Assembly (NCBI GenBank): GCA_947652855.1
Contig: CANTEO010000001.1
Span: 63,742 to 127,741 of the forward strand
Direction: 5' to 3'
DNA length: 64,000 nucleotides
From: an uncultured Roseburia sp.
GTDB lineage: Bacteria > Bacillota > Clostridia > Lachnospirales > Lachnospiraceae
This document shows positions 39,692 through 49,146 of this stretch, piece after piece (within the stretch, counting starts at the first letter, position 1; each line of letters opens with the position of its first letter). The notes beneath the pieces were generated by a model. It saw only the letters and a program-made list of their open reading frames with translations. It ran no database searches and had not been told where the DNA came from. The position numbers and the translations under genes are program-made.

Positions 39692-40921
39692 ATGAGAAAA
39701 AAGAATGTCAAAAAGGCGGCATTTGCGGCGTTGACGCTCCTTTTGCTTTCTTCCTGGGACGCGTCGGCGTCTCAGACGGGGGATCAGCTGAAGAATACGG
39801 GAAAGAAGATCGACGAGCTTGAGGAGAGGAAAGAGGACGCCGAAGCGAAGGTGGGGAATTTAAAGGAGCAGCAAAACGGGCTTGAGGGAGAGCTTGCAGG
39901 CTTGAACCGGCAGCTTTCGGAGGTCTCTGGGCAGATCAATGAGCTTGAGGCGCAGATAGAAGAGAAGAAAGGCCAGATTGAGACGACGGGCGGGGAGCTT
40001 TCAGAGGCGAAGGAATCCCTGGCGGCGCAGCGGGAGAGCATGAAGAGGCGCATCCAGTATATTTATGAGAATGGAAGCGGGGATTTGGCCTCTATTTTAT
40101 TGGGCAGCGAGTCTATGGCGGATTTTTTGAACAGGGCGGAATATGTGGAGGAGCTGAACCGCTATGACAGGCAGATGTTGGAATGCTTTCAGAATACCTG
40201 TAGGCAGATCAAGAAAAAGCAGAAACAATTAAAGCAGGAGCAAAAGGAGCTTGTAGCCATGCAGGGGAGCATGGAGCAGAAGAAGGAGGAAGTGAACGGC
40301 CTCATTGCAAAGACGCAGACAAGCATTGAGGCGAAGCAAACCGAGATATCCGCTGCTCAGGAGGCGGTGAGCGGCTATGAGGAGCAGATTGCCAAGATGA
40401 AGGCGTATGAGGAAGAGCTGGAGCGCAAAAAAGCGCAGGAGGCGAAGCAGAGGGCGCAGGAGGCGAAGAGGAAGGCGCAGGAGGCAAAGCAAAAGGAGCA
40501 GCAGGCCAGCCAGCCTTCGGGAGCTTCGGGAAGTCAGGCCGGTTCGGGGGACAGCCAAGGCTCGGGCGGAGGGAGCGTAACGTCAGGCGCCGGGGATTTG
40601 GCGATGCTGGCCGCATTGGTGGAGTGCGAGGCTGGCGGCGAAGGCTATGAAGGGCAATGGGCGGTGGCCAGCGTCGTAATCAACCGCGTCAAAAGCGGCA
40701 GCTTTCCCAATACGGTCTCCGGCGTCATTTATCAGGGCGGCCAGTTTTCCCCGGTAGCCAGCGGGCGGTTTGCGATGGTTTTGGCGCGGGGCGCGGGGAG
40801 CAGCTGCACGAAGGCGGCGAGCGCCGCGCTGTCCGGGAATCTTTGGGGGAGCTATCTGTATTTTTGCAGGGCAAGCTCCGGCGTAGACGGGACAGTGTTA
40901 GGGAATCATGTGTTTTATTGA
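39692..40921 (+). CDS. Secreted cell-wall hydrolase: CwlO/PcsB-like coiled coil + SleB/Hydrolase_2 domain
   Basis: Signal peptide; RIQYIYENG...ADFLNRAEY; CEAGGE...AVASVVINRV...FPNTVSGVIYQGGQFSPV. Confidence 0.88.
   Translation: MRKKNVKKAAFAALTLLLLSSWDASASQTGDQLKNTGKKIDELEERKEDAEAKVGNLKEQQNGLEGELAGLNRQLSEVSGQINELEAQIEEKKGQIETTGGELSEAKESLAAQRESMKRRIQYIYENGSGDLASILLGSESMADFLNRAEYVEELNRYDRQMLECFQNTCRQIKKKQKQLKQEQKELVAMQGSMEQKKEEVNGLIAKTQTSIEAKQTEISAAQEAVSGYEEQIAKMKAYEEELERKKAQEAKQRAQEAKRKAQEAKQKEQQASQPSGASGSQAGSGDSQGSGGGSVTSGAGDLAMLAALVECEAGGEGYEGQWAVASVVINRVKSGSFPNTVSGVIYQGGQFSPVASGRFAMVLARGAGSSCTKAASAALSGNLWGSYLYFCRASSGVDGTVLGNHVFY
40433..40495 (+). repeat. 3 x 21-bp in-frame tandem repeat (AQEAKxx heptads)
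   Basis: GCGCAGGAGGC(G/A)AAG... repeated three times. Confidence 0.75.
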
Positions 40922-40950
40922 GATGACAGCAGAAAGAAGCGGTTTGCCAA

Positions 40951-41220
40951 ATGATACAAAGAAAAGATTTGCTGACCTATCAGTTTTATAAAAAGGAGCG
41001 GTTTACAGGGAGCCATTCGGGGATGCGGTATCTGATCCGAAGGGAAGGGGAGGGGGAGCTGGAAGAGTTTGCCGTCTATGTTTGGCCGGGGCCGTATGGG
41101 TTTGACGCGGCCGCAGACGAAGAGAAGGTCAGGAGGGCGTTTCCGTTTGCGGAGGCGTCTTTAGAGGGGATTGCGGAATACTTAAACCAGGCGTATGAAA
41201 AAAGAGATTGGCGCCCTTAG
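40951..41220 (+). CDS. Small hypothetical protein
   Basis: 89-aa ORF filling the gap with protein-like motifs (FTGSHSGMRY, WPGPYGF); function not recognised. Confidence 0.7.
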   Translation: MIQRKDLLTYQFYKKERFTGSHSGMRYLIRREGEGELEEFAVYVWPGPYGFDAAADEEKVRRAFPFAEASLEGIAEYLNQAYEKRDWRP

Positions 41221-41315
41221 GGCGGATTGCTTTTTCGTGCTGCCGCGCCGTCCGGCATTTTGATGCTGTGTGGCTTTTGTTTTGACCTTATCAAATTACA
41301 AAGTCGAGAAGGGAG

Positions 41316-41345
41316 TTGACGGCAGGGCTTCTTATTTAGTATAAT
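41316..41345 (+). promoter_or_regulatory. Sigma-70 promoter for the FIST-MCP pair
   Basis: TTGACG - 18 bp - TATAAT. Confidence 0.65.
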
Positions 41346-41399
41346 TTAGGCAGTTGTAACAAATTACAAAATATTACAATTTATGGAGGCAGAGGCAGT

Positions 41400-42455
41400 A
41401 TGAGACAGTTTTTTGGCATGAGCCAGAGGGGAAGCTTGGATGAGGCTCTTTCTGGGCTTAGGAACCCGGAGTTCATCATGTTGTTTTCAAATGAGGCTCA
41501 GTTTGAGGCGCACGTAACGGCTCTTGAAAAAAGCTTTCCTAACGTTCCAAGCATCGGATGCATTGGGATGAGCTACGACACCAGGATCGCTGAGAAGGGA
41601 GTGGGCGTCATCGCGTTTTTGGACGGAGTCAGCGCATCGGCCAATGTATTAGAGCGGGTGTCTAATATGCCGATTAAGTACATCGGGCGCATGGAGCGTG
41701 ACCTGCAGGCTGTCAGAGCTGAGAGCCGGGATACTGTATGCATAGATTTTTGCACGGGAAACGACGCCTGCGCATTGACTACGATACATACTGCTTTAAA
41801 AAGAAGAAAAATATCTTTGGTCGGGGGAACCGGAGACGCGGGAAAGGTATCCGCCAACGGGACGGTGTATCAGGATGCGGTGGCCTATGCGATTGTCAAG
41901 AATCGGGGTGGGAAGGTAAAGACGTATAAGGAAAATATTTACCGTCCGCTTGGAAATTACCGCTTCATTGCGTCGAATACGGATAAAGCCAAATATATGC
42001 TTGGCTCCTTGGACGGGAAGTCGGCGAAGCAGGTTTATCAGAATATCCTTCATGTGACGGACAGGGAGATATTGACGCAGACGTTTAAGAATCCATTTGG
42101 GAAATTAAACGGGGACGACATGGATATTATTTCCATAAAAGAAGTCAATGGCAATGCGCTTTCCTGCTTTCGGCAGGTGAATGACTCCGATGTCCTTGTT
42201 TTGCTGGAGCTTAGTGATTACAGGGCCACGGTAAAGGAGACCATTCAGCAGATCAGCAGAGATTTTCCGAAGCGTTCGGCTGTTTTTTCGGTCAACTGCC
42301 TATTCCGGTATAAGCTGTTCAGCGAACAGGGCTATATGCAGCCGTATTTGAAAGAGATGTCGGCGCTTGGCAGCCATGCGGGGTTCGTTGGGTACGGCGA
42401 GCATTATAATAACCGTTTTGTCAATCAGTCGATGACCTGTGCGGTGTTTGAGTAG
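41400..42455 (+). CDS. FIST-domain sensor protein
   Basis: PSIGC, LVGGTG, LDGKSA, SVNCLFR and GFVGYGE...FVNQSM motifs; GGAGG RBS. Confidence 0.8.
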   Translation: MRQFFGMSQRGSLDEALSGLRNPEFIMLFSNEAQFEAHVTALEKSFPNVPSIGCIGMSYDTRIAEKGVGVIAFLDGVSASANVLERVSNMPIKYIGRMERDLQAVRAESRDTVCIDFCTGNDACALTTIHTALKRRKISLVGGTGDAGKVSANGTVYQDAVAYAIVKNRGGKVKTYKENIYRPLGNYRFIASNTDKAKYMLGSLDGKSAKQVYQNILHVTDREILTQTFKNPFGKLNGDDMDIISIKEVNGNALSCFRQVNDSDVLVLLELSDYRATVKETIQQISRDFPKRSAVFSVNCLFRYKLFSEQGYMQPYLKEMSALGSHAGFVGYGEHYNNRFVNQSMTCAVFE

Positions 42456-42476
42456 AAAGTGTAGGAGGGAGAGGCA

Positions 42477-43412
42477 ATGTTGTTTTCAAAGAAAATCAAG
42501 CAGAAGCAAGGGCGTAAGGAAGAGGACGGCCTTTATCCGGTATTGTATATGACGGACAGCTTGAAGGAATATCAAAAGGATCTGGTTGGGAAAGAAGTGG
42601 AGTCGCTGCGGGAGCTTGGGATGGTGGGCAGCTCGTTTGCCGGCGTGTTGAAGAAAGCGGATCATTTTCATGACAATTTACAGGAGTTTGGAAAGTCTTT
42701 TTCCAATATTAACGAGGTGGCGGGGCAGTTTGCGCAGGTACGGGAAGGGATTGCCCAGACAGTGTCCGATACGCAGAATAAGGTGGAGGAGCTAAAAGAC
42801 ACCTCGATGCGGGTGGAGGAGTCCTACAGCAATATGGAGCATACGTTTCAGCAGCTTCAGGACGCCGTTACAGGGATTCGGCAGTGCATGGAGAAAATTG
42901 TGTCGATCGCGGATGAGACGAATATCCTTGCCATCAATGCATCCATTGAGGCGGCCAGGGCAGGGCAGGAGGGAAAAGGCTTTGCGGTGGTCGCGACAAA
43001 GGTAAAGGAGCTGGCGGAGGAGATCAAGGGGCTGGCCGGGGCGGTGGATTCCGGCATTCATGAAGTGGAGAACGGCACGCAGCAGCTGAATGGGAGCATC
43101 TTGGCCTCTAAGAAAGCGTTAGGGCAAAACATTGACACGGTTAACGCCGCATACGAGTCGTTCCGCAACATTGAGGAGACTGCGGAAGGGGCCTCTTCTG
43201 TGCAGGCGGAGATTTCTGACGTGATTGAGGTTTCACAGAAAGAGCTTTCCGGCATTTACCAGTTTTTTGATGAGCTGAAGCTTCAATACGGTGAGGTCGT
43301 GAAGCACATAAAATACGCAAGCAAGCTTGGCACGACGAAAAGCGCCATGTTTGAGGATATCGACAATCTTCTGTCGCAGATTCCGTTGATTTTGCAGGAG
43401 GTTGAGCCGTAA
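42477..43412 (+). CDS. Soluble methyl-accepting chemotaxis signalling protein (no TM or sensor domain)
   Basis: [30 protein letters not shown] hairpin tip. Confidence 0.9.
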   Translation: MLFSKKIKQKQGRKEEDGLYPVLYMTDSLKEYQKDLVGKEVESLRELGMVGSSFAGVLKKADHFHDNLQEFGKSFSNINEVAGQFAQVREGIAQTVSDTQNKVEELKDTSMRVEESYSNMEHTFQQLQDAVTGIRQCMEKIVSIADETNILAINASIEAARAGQEGKGFAVVATKVKELAEEIKGLAGAVDSGIHEVENGTQQLNGSILASKKALGQNIDTVNAAYESFRNIEETAEGASSVQAEISDVIEVSQKELSGIYQFFDELKLQYGEVVKHIKYASKLGTTKSAMFEDIDNLLSQIPLILQEVEP

Positions 43413-43420
43413 AAGAAAGG

Positions 43421-43467
43421 GAATGGGAGATGCCGGGCTATGCTTGGCATCGAACATTCTTTTTTAT
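43421..43467 (+). terminator. Probable terminator after the MCP gene
   Basis: GATGCCGGGC-TAT-GCTTGGCATC stem with outer GAATG/CATTC pairing and a T-run. Confidence 0.6.
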
Positions 43468-43567
43468 AATACAGAAAAATGTCTTCCTATGGATAGGCGG
43501 AATGTGTTATGCTGATAGAAGGGAGGCGGAGGGATACTTTTAGGGAAAATAGAATGAACGAAGGCAT

Positions 43568-43615
43568 AAGAACCCATGAGGCAATCGAATCGCTTCATGG
43601 GTTCTTTAATTTTTG
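43568..43615 (+). terminator. Hairpin upstream of the glycan operon promoter
   Basis: AAGAACCCATGAGGC / GCTTCATGGGTTCTT stem followed by T-rich tail. Confidence 0.65.
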
Positions 43616-43681
43616 TTCCTAATGATTGCGGAATATGCTTTGGAAATAGATTTGCGAAAGGAAAATTCCTGAAAATTCAGG

Positions 43682-43712
43682 TTGACAAATTTTTGTAGGG
43701 GGGGGGTAAAAT
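43682..43712 (+). promoter_or_regulatory. Sigma-70 promoter of the glycan operon with a G9 tract in a 19-bp spacer
   Basis: TTGACA (43682-87) - AATTTTTGTA GGGGGGGGG - TAAAAT (43707-12). Confidence 0.75.
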
Positions 43713-43775
43713 GGGAATAATGAATCAGTTTCCAGGTGAGAAGAATTCTGACGGATGAGAGGGAAGGACAGGGAT

Positions 43776-44711
43776 ATGAAGCTTTTTCTTAAGAAAGCGG
43801 CGGTGACAGGCGGAAGCAGCGCGGTTGGCCTTGCCCTCATTCAGAAGCTTTTAAGCGAGGGAGTTGAGGCGCTTTTGCTGCAGCGCAGGGAATCGGAAAG
43901 GCGGAAGCTTTTGCCTGCGCACAGGCTTTTGAACGTGGAGCTTTGCTCATTGGAGGAGCTGGATGCATATGTGCCTGCGGCGGGCGGCTATGACGCGTTT
44001 TTTCATTTGGGATGGGCTGACAGCGGCAAAGACAGGCGGGACGACTTGGACGCGCAGTTAAAAAACGTGGGCTACTCATGCAATGCGGTAAGGCTGGCCC
44101 ATAGGCTTGGGTGCAAGGTGTTTGTAGGCGCGGGCAGTCAGGCGGAATATGGCAGGAAGGATGCGCCGATGGGGCCGGACACTCTTTGCGTGCCGGAAAA
44201 CGCTTACGGCACAGCGAAGCTTTGCGCGGGCCATGCCACTAAGCTGATGTGCAGGGAATATGGGATGCGTCACAATTGGGCGAGGATTCTAAGCGGGTAC
44301 GGCCTCCACGACAATATGCGCTCAGTCTTAAATTCCACTATTTTAAAAAGCATGAGGGGAGAGCGGCCGACGTTTTCCGAAGGAAATCAGATCTGGGACT
44401 TTACCTATATGGACGATATCGCGGACGCGCTGTTTTCCATTGCGGAAAGGGGAGCGGACGGCGTCAGCTACCCCATAGGGAGCGGGGATGCGAGGCCCTT
44501 GAAAGAATATTTGACGGTTTTGTGCAAAAAATTAGGGAACTTAGAAGACGCGGAATTTGGAAACCGTGCGTATGATAAATCCCAGACAATGCATTTGGAG
44601 GCGGACATCCGCAGGCTTCAGGAAGATACGGGATGGAACCCTAAGGTGAAGTTTGAGGATGGGATTGAACGTGTCATTGCATTTCATAAAAAACAGTTAG
44701 GGCGGGCATGA
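43776..44711 (+). CDS. NAD(P)-dependent NDP-sugar epimerase/reductase (extended SDR)
   Basis: [28 protein letters not shown] (YxxxK), WDFTYMDD. Confidence 0.88.
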   Translation: MKLFLKKAAVTGGSSAVGLALIQKLLSEGVEALLLQRRESERRKLLPAHRLLNVELCSLEELDAYVPAAGGYDAFFHLGWADSGKDRRDDLDAQLKNVGYSCNAVRLAHRLGCKVFVGAGSQAEYGRKDAPMGPDTLCVPENAYGTAKLCAGHATKLMCREYGMRHNWARILSGYGLHDNMRSVLNSTILKSMRGERPTFSEGNQIWDFTYMDDIADALFSIAERGADGVSYPIGSGDARPLKEYLTVLCKKLGNLEDAEFGNRAYDKSQTMHLEADIRRLQEDTGWNPKVKFEDGIERVIAFHKKQLGRA

Positions 44712-44740
44712 CGGAAGATGGCTCGGCGCAGGGGTGGGAC

Positions 44741-45850
44741 ATGAACGTATTATTTGCAGATTTTAGGCCAATGCACGAAGAGGTTCGCAGTGAGTTGGAT
44801 GAGGCGTATCGGAGGGTGATGGATCGCAGCCGGTTCATTCAGGGAGAGGAATGCGCGGCGTTTGAGAGGGAATTTGCGGCCTATTGCGGCGCAGGGCATT
44901 GCGTGGGCGTGGCAAGCGGCCTGGACGCGCTTTGCCTGCTTTTACGGGCGCTTGGGATCGGAGCGGGGGATGAAGTGATCCTTCCGTCAAATACCTTTAT
45001 CGCCACGGCGTTAGCCGTGACGTATGCAGGGGCCGTTCCGGTGTTCGTGGAGCCGGAGTGGGAGAGCTGCAATATAGATCCGGGCAGGATTGAGCCTGCC
45101 GTCACAGAACGGACGAAGGCCATCATTGCCGTGCATTTACAGGGGCGCGCCGCGGATATGGACGCGCTGCAAGAAATCGCTAAGAGGCATCGGCTGTTCT
45201 TGCTGGAGGATGCGGCGCAGGCCCATGGAGCCACCTATAAAGGGAGACGGGCGGGCGCGTTGTCGGACGGGGCGGCGTTTAGCTTTTACCCGGGAAAAAA
45301 TCTGGGGGCGTTGGGCGATGGGGGCTGCGTCGTCACGAATAATAAGCGATTGGCGGATAAAGTGCGCGCACTGGGGAATTATGGCTCCGATTTCAAATAC
45401 CATCACATTTATAAAGGCGTAAACAGCAGGCTGGATGAACTGCAGGCCGCATTTTTGCGCGTGAAGCTTTTGAGGCTGGATCGGTGGAACCGGGAGCGCC
45501 AAAAGATTGCGGCCCGGTATTTAACGGAAATAAAAAATCCATGCATTAAGCTCCCGTTGCCGTCCTCGGAGGAATACGGGCATCTGTATCATGTGTTTGC
45601 GGTGCGGTGTGAGGCCAGGGACGAATTGGAGCGCTATTTAAGCGAAAAAGGCGTCTGTACGGTAAAGCACTATCCGATTCCGATGCATCTGCAGGAGGCG
45701 TACAGGGATTTGCGCCTTCCGGCCGGCTCGCTGCCTGTTGCGGAAAAGATCAGCAGGACAATACTAAGCCTCCCTTTGTTTTATGGGATGACCCCGGATG
45801 AGGCCGCGTATGTGATAACTGCCATCAATGAATTTCAGTGCGGAGGATAA
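44741..45850 (+). CDS. DegT/DnrJ-family NDP-sugar aminotransferase (FdtB/QdtB-like)
   Basis: [42 protein letters not shown]. Confidence 0.93.
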   Translation: MNVLFADFRPMHEEVRSELDEAYRRVMDRSRFIQGEECAAFEREFAAYCGAGHCVGVASGLDALCLLLRALGIGAGDEVILPSNTFIATALAVTYAGAVPVFVEPEWESCNIDPGRIEPAVTERTKAIIAVHLQGRAADMDALQEIAKRHRLFLLEDAAQAHGATYKGRRAGALSDGAAFSFYPGKNLGALGDGGCVVTNNKRLADKVRALGNYGSDFKYHHIYKGVNSRLDELQAAFLRVKLLRLDRWNRERQKIAARYLTEIKNPCIKLPLPSSEEYGHLYHVFAVRCEARDELERYLSEKGVCTVKHYPIPMHLQEAYRDLRLPAGSLPVAEKISRTILSLPLFYGMTPDEAAYVITAINEFQCGG

Positions 45851-45853
45851 GAG

Positions 45854-46270
45854 ATGCAGATTGTGAAATATGTGTTCAGCCAGCATGGAGACGACAGGGG
45901 GCAGCTCATTGCCTTGGAAGAATATAAGGACATCCCTTTTGAGATCAAGCGCGTGTACTATATGTATGACACGAAGGAAGGGGTGCGGCGCGGATTTCAT
46001 GCCCATAAGAATTTACAGCAAATTTTGGTATGCGTGCATGGAAGCTGCGATATCCTTTTGGATAATGGAAAAGAAAAAAAGATCATTTCTTTAGAAAAGC
46101 CGTATGAGGGGCTGTATGTCCCGAATGATATGTGGCGGGAGATGTATCATTTTTCAGAAGACGCGGTGCTTTTGGTGCTGGCGTCAGACATTTACAGAGA
46201 GGAGGACTACATAAGGGATTACGACAAATTTTTGGAATTTTTAAATGAGAGAGAGGAGGGAAAACGATGA
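45854..46270 (+). CDS. dTDP-4-keto-6-deoxyhexose 3,4-ketoisomerase (FdtA/QdtA-like cupin)
   Basis: DDRGQL, IPFEIKRVYY, RGFHAH, WREM, DYIRDY. Confidence 0.92.
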   Translation: MQIVKYVFSQHGDDRGQLIALEEYKDIPFEIKRVYYMYDTKEGVRRGFHAHKNLQQILVCVHGSCDILLDNGKEKKIISLEKPYEGLYVPNDMWREMYHFSEDAVLLVLASDIYREEDYIRDYDKFLEFLNEREEGKR

Positions 46271-47316
46271 TAAGCGTTGTGATTGGCATATATAATGGGG
46301 AAAAATATTTAAGCGACTGCATTGACTCTGTGCTGGCGCAGACATTTGAGGAGGTTCAGATTGTCCTGGTGGACGACAAATCGTCCGACCGTTCCCTTTG
46401 CATTGCCCAGGAGTACGCGTCGAGGCATCCGGGCAAAATCAAGCTGATTGCGCAGGAAGAGAATCGGGGAGCCGGGAACACGTGGAATACGGGGATACAG
46501 GCCGCGGACGGCGAGTATGTCATGATGCTTGGCGACGATGACTGGCTGGATCCTGACTTATGTGAAAAAATCCATGCCGCCGCGAGACATGGAAAGCCGG
46601 ACATTGTGTTTACAGGGAAACGGGGATGGATTGAAGAGCGCAGCATCCTGTACAAGCCGTTCCCGAAAGGGTGCCTAGGTGAAATGACAGACGAAAAGAA
46701 GAAGACGGCCATGATACACTTGGCGAACGATCTGGGATTTGTGATTGCCGGGGCGTACCGCAAAGCGTTTTTGACAGAGCAGGGCTTGTCGTTTCCGCTG
46801 ATTTCACCAGAGGATATCCCGGTGACGCTGCTGTTTGTGGCCTGTGCAAAGAAAACTGGAATGGTGGAGGATGGCTATTATAATTACAGGATCCATGAGG
46901 AATCCATCGTACATAGGAAAAATTCAGAGTTTTACCTGAATATACATAAAGCCGGCCTGCTGATGCGGCAGAACTTTATCGACCGAGAGCTGTATGGAGC
47001 GTTCCATGAGGAAGTGGAGTTCGCCTTTCTTTTAAGCGCCTATTATTTTACCGTCTACAACGCCATGGCGCGGTATGATGAGCGTCCCGTCGGGCTGATG
47101 CGCAAAGTGAGGGACATCGTTTTGGAAGTGGCGCCGGATTGGAAGAAGAACGCATATATCCCGCTCTGTTGGGACAGATGGAAATTTGAGCTGTTAAGGC
47201 TGAATGAGGAATCTCCACAGCGATTGGCGGACCGCTTTCCAGACTGCGATGCATTCATAAAAAAAGCGCGAAACGGAGAATTAAAGACGCTTTTCGGAGA
47301 TTGGGGGGGGGTATAG
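46267..47316 (+). CDS. Glycosyltransferase family 2
   Basis: ISVVIGIYNGEKYL, VDDKSSD, GDDDW, PED. Confidence 0.9.
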   Translation: MISVVIGIYNGEKYLSDCIDSVLAQTFEEVQIVLVDDKSSDRSLCIAQEYASRHPGKIKLIAQEENRGAGNTWNTGIQAADGEYVMMLGDDDWLDPDLCEKIHAAARHGKPDIVFTGKRGWIEERSILYKPFPKGCLGEMTDEKKKTAMIHLANDLGFVIAGAYRKAFLTEQGLSFPLISPEDIPVTLLFVACAKKTGMVEDGYYNYRIHEESIVHRKNSEFYLNIHKAGLLMRQNFIDRELYGAFHEEVEFAFLLSAYYFTVYNAMARYDERPVGLMRKVRDIVLEVAPDWKKNAYIPLCWDRWKFELLRLNEESPQRLADRFPDCDAFIKKARNGELKTLFGDWGGV

Positions 47317-47321
47317 GATAC

Positions 47322-49145
47322 ATGAAGGTCTCGGACTTTGTGATTCGTTTTCTGAAGAGTCAGGGCATTGACTGCGCGTTTTTATTAAGCGGGGGCGGCA
47401 TGATGCACCTCGTGGAGTCGTTAGGGAACAGCGGCATGGAATATGTCTGCTGCCATCATGAGCAGGCTTGCGCCATTGCGGCTGCGGCATACAGCATGAA
47501 AAAAAATGCATTGAGCCTTTGCATGGTCACGACAGGCCCAGGGGGCGTCAATGCGCTGACAGGGGTTGCCGCCGCATACATGGATTCCACGCCGGTGTTT
47601 TTTTTGTCGGGTCAGGTGAAGCGGGCCGATTTTGCAAGCCTAAGGGGCGTTCGGCAATTCGGGGCTCAGGAAAACGACATTGTGTCCATGGTGAGGCCGG
47701 TCACGAAATATGCCGCGGTCGTGACGGAGCCGGATGATATCCTGTACCATCTGCAAAAGGCCGTGCATTTTGCGTTAAGCAAAAGGAGAGGCCCGGTATG
47801 GCTGGATATCCCTCTGGATGTGCAGTCGGCTTTGATTGATGAAGACAGGCTGTGCCCGTTTGACCCAACGGAAGAGGGGGAGGAGGGCGCGCCGGATGCC
47901 GGCCGGGAGGCTGCTCTTAAGGAGGCGGTCAGGATGTCGGCGGGCCTGCTTGAAAACGCCAGGCGGCCGGTGTTTTTGTTGGGGCATGGGATCGGCGCCT
48001 CAGAGAGCGAGGCGGCGTTTCGGAAACTGAATGAAAGGCTTCAGGTTCCCGTCCTTGCGACATGGCGCGCCCTGCACGTTTATGAAAGCGGGCATCCCCT
48101 GTTTTTTGGAAGCCCCGGCCTTCAGGCGCCCAGGTACGCAAACCTGATTTTGCAGGGGGCAGATCTTGTCATTGTCCTTGGAAGCCGCCTGGACAATATG
48201 ATTACGGCTTTTAATGAGGGGCATTTCGCGTTTCGGGCGAAAAAGATCGTGGTGGACATTGACGGGAATGAAGTCCGCAAGCTGAAAATGCCGGATCTCT
48301 TTCCTGTCGAGGCCGACGTAAGGCGGTATCTTGAGCTGCTTTTGGAGCAAAGCGGGGGCATCTCTTTGCAGGACATGGGGCCTTGGAGGGATTGGTGCGG
48401 ATGGGTCAGGCAGGAATATCCCCTTTGGAAAGAGAAGCAGCCCTGTGAAGCCGCGGGAACGGATTTGTATCGGGCGACGGATGCAATTTCAAGGCTGGCC
48501 CAAAAGGAGGATACCGTCGTAGTTTCCTCCACCAGCAGATGCAACACGGCCGGGCATATGGCGTTTTGCCATAAGGAAGGGCAGGCAGTGATCTCCTCTA
48601 TGGGCATGGGCTCCATGGGGTTCGCGCTGCCGTCCGCCATAGGCGCGTATTTTGCGTCAGGCAGGAAACGGATTGTCATGATCGAGGGAGACGGCAGCTT
48701 TCAGCTGAATATTCAAGAGCTGCAGACGGTTTGCCAGTATGGGGTGAACGTGAAGATGTTTCTGTTCTGCAATGGGGGATATGCGGCCATTGCCTCTATG
48801 CAGGAGAGGAATTTTGCGGGGCATTATGTGGCGTGCAATCCGCAAAGCGGCGTTTCCATGCCCGATTTAAAACGGATTGCGGACGCATACCATATACCAT
48901 TTTACCGCATTGACAGCGACGATGAGGCCGAGGGGACGGTTCGGGAGGCGTTTGCCAGGGATGGGGCCGTGATTTGTGAGATTTGCGGCTCCATGCAGTT
49001 TGACGAGATTCCCAAGTGCATTTCAAGGGAAACGGAACAGGGAGAGCGCGTTTCGGCGTTTTTGGAAAATCCGTACCCATTTTTGGAAGAGGGGGAATTG
49101 GAGCGGATCTATCGGCAAATGGAAAGAACGTGCAAAGGAGAATGA
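47322..49145 (+). CDS. ThDP-dependent acetolactate-synthase-like enzyme (YerE-like, sugar-cluster type)
   Basis: HHEQACA, TTGPGG, SGQVKR, RRGPVWLDIPLDVQ, EGDGSFQLNIQEL...NGGY. Confidence 0.87.
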   Translation: MKVSDFVIRFLKSQGIDCAFLLSGGGMMHLVESLGNSGMEYVCCHHEQACAIAAAAYSMKKNALSLCMVTTGPGGVNALTGVAAAYMDSTPVFFLSGQVKRADFASLRGVRQFGAQENDIVSMVRPVTKYAAVVTEPDDILYHLQKAVHFALSKRRGPVWLDIPLDVQSALIDEDRLCPFDPTEEGEEGAPDAGREAALKEAVRMSAGLLENARRPVFLLGHGIGASESEAAFRKLNERLQVPVLATWRALHVYESGHPLFFGSPGLQAPRYANLILQGADLVIVLGSRLDNMITAFNEGHFAFRAKKIVVDIDGNEVRKLKMPDLFPVEADVRRYLELLLEQSGGISLQDMGPWRDWCGWVRQEYPLWKEKQPCEAAGTDLYRATDAISRLAQKEDTVVVSSTSRCNTAGHMAFCHKEGQAVISSMGMGSMGFALPSAIGAYFASGRKRIVMIEGDGSFQLNIQELQTVCQYGVNVKMFLFCNGGYAAIASMQERNFAGHYVACNPQSGVSMPDLKRIADAYHIPFYRIDSDDEAEGTVREAFARDGAVICEICGSMQFDEIPKCISRETEQGERVSAFLENPYPFLEEGELERIYRQMERTCKGE

Positions 49146-49146
49146 G

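Noticed and set aside
43509..43622. 37-codon ORF overlapping the hairpin upstream of the glycan operon
   Set aside because: No clear RBS, no hydrophobic toxin-like or leader-peptide features; better explained as intergenic sequence.
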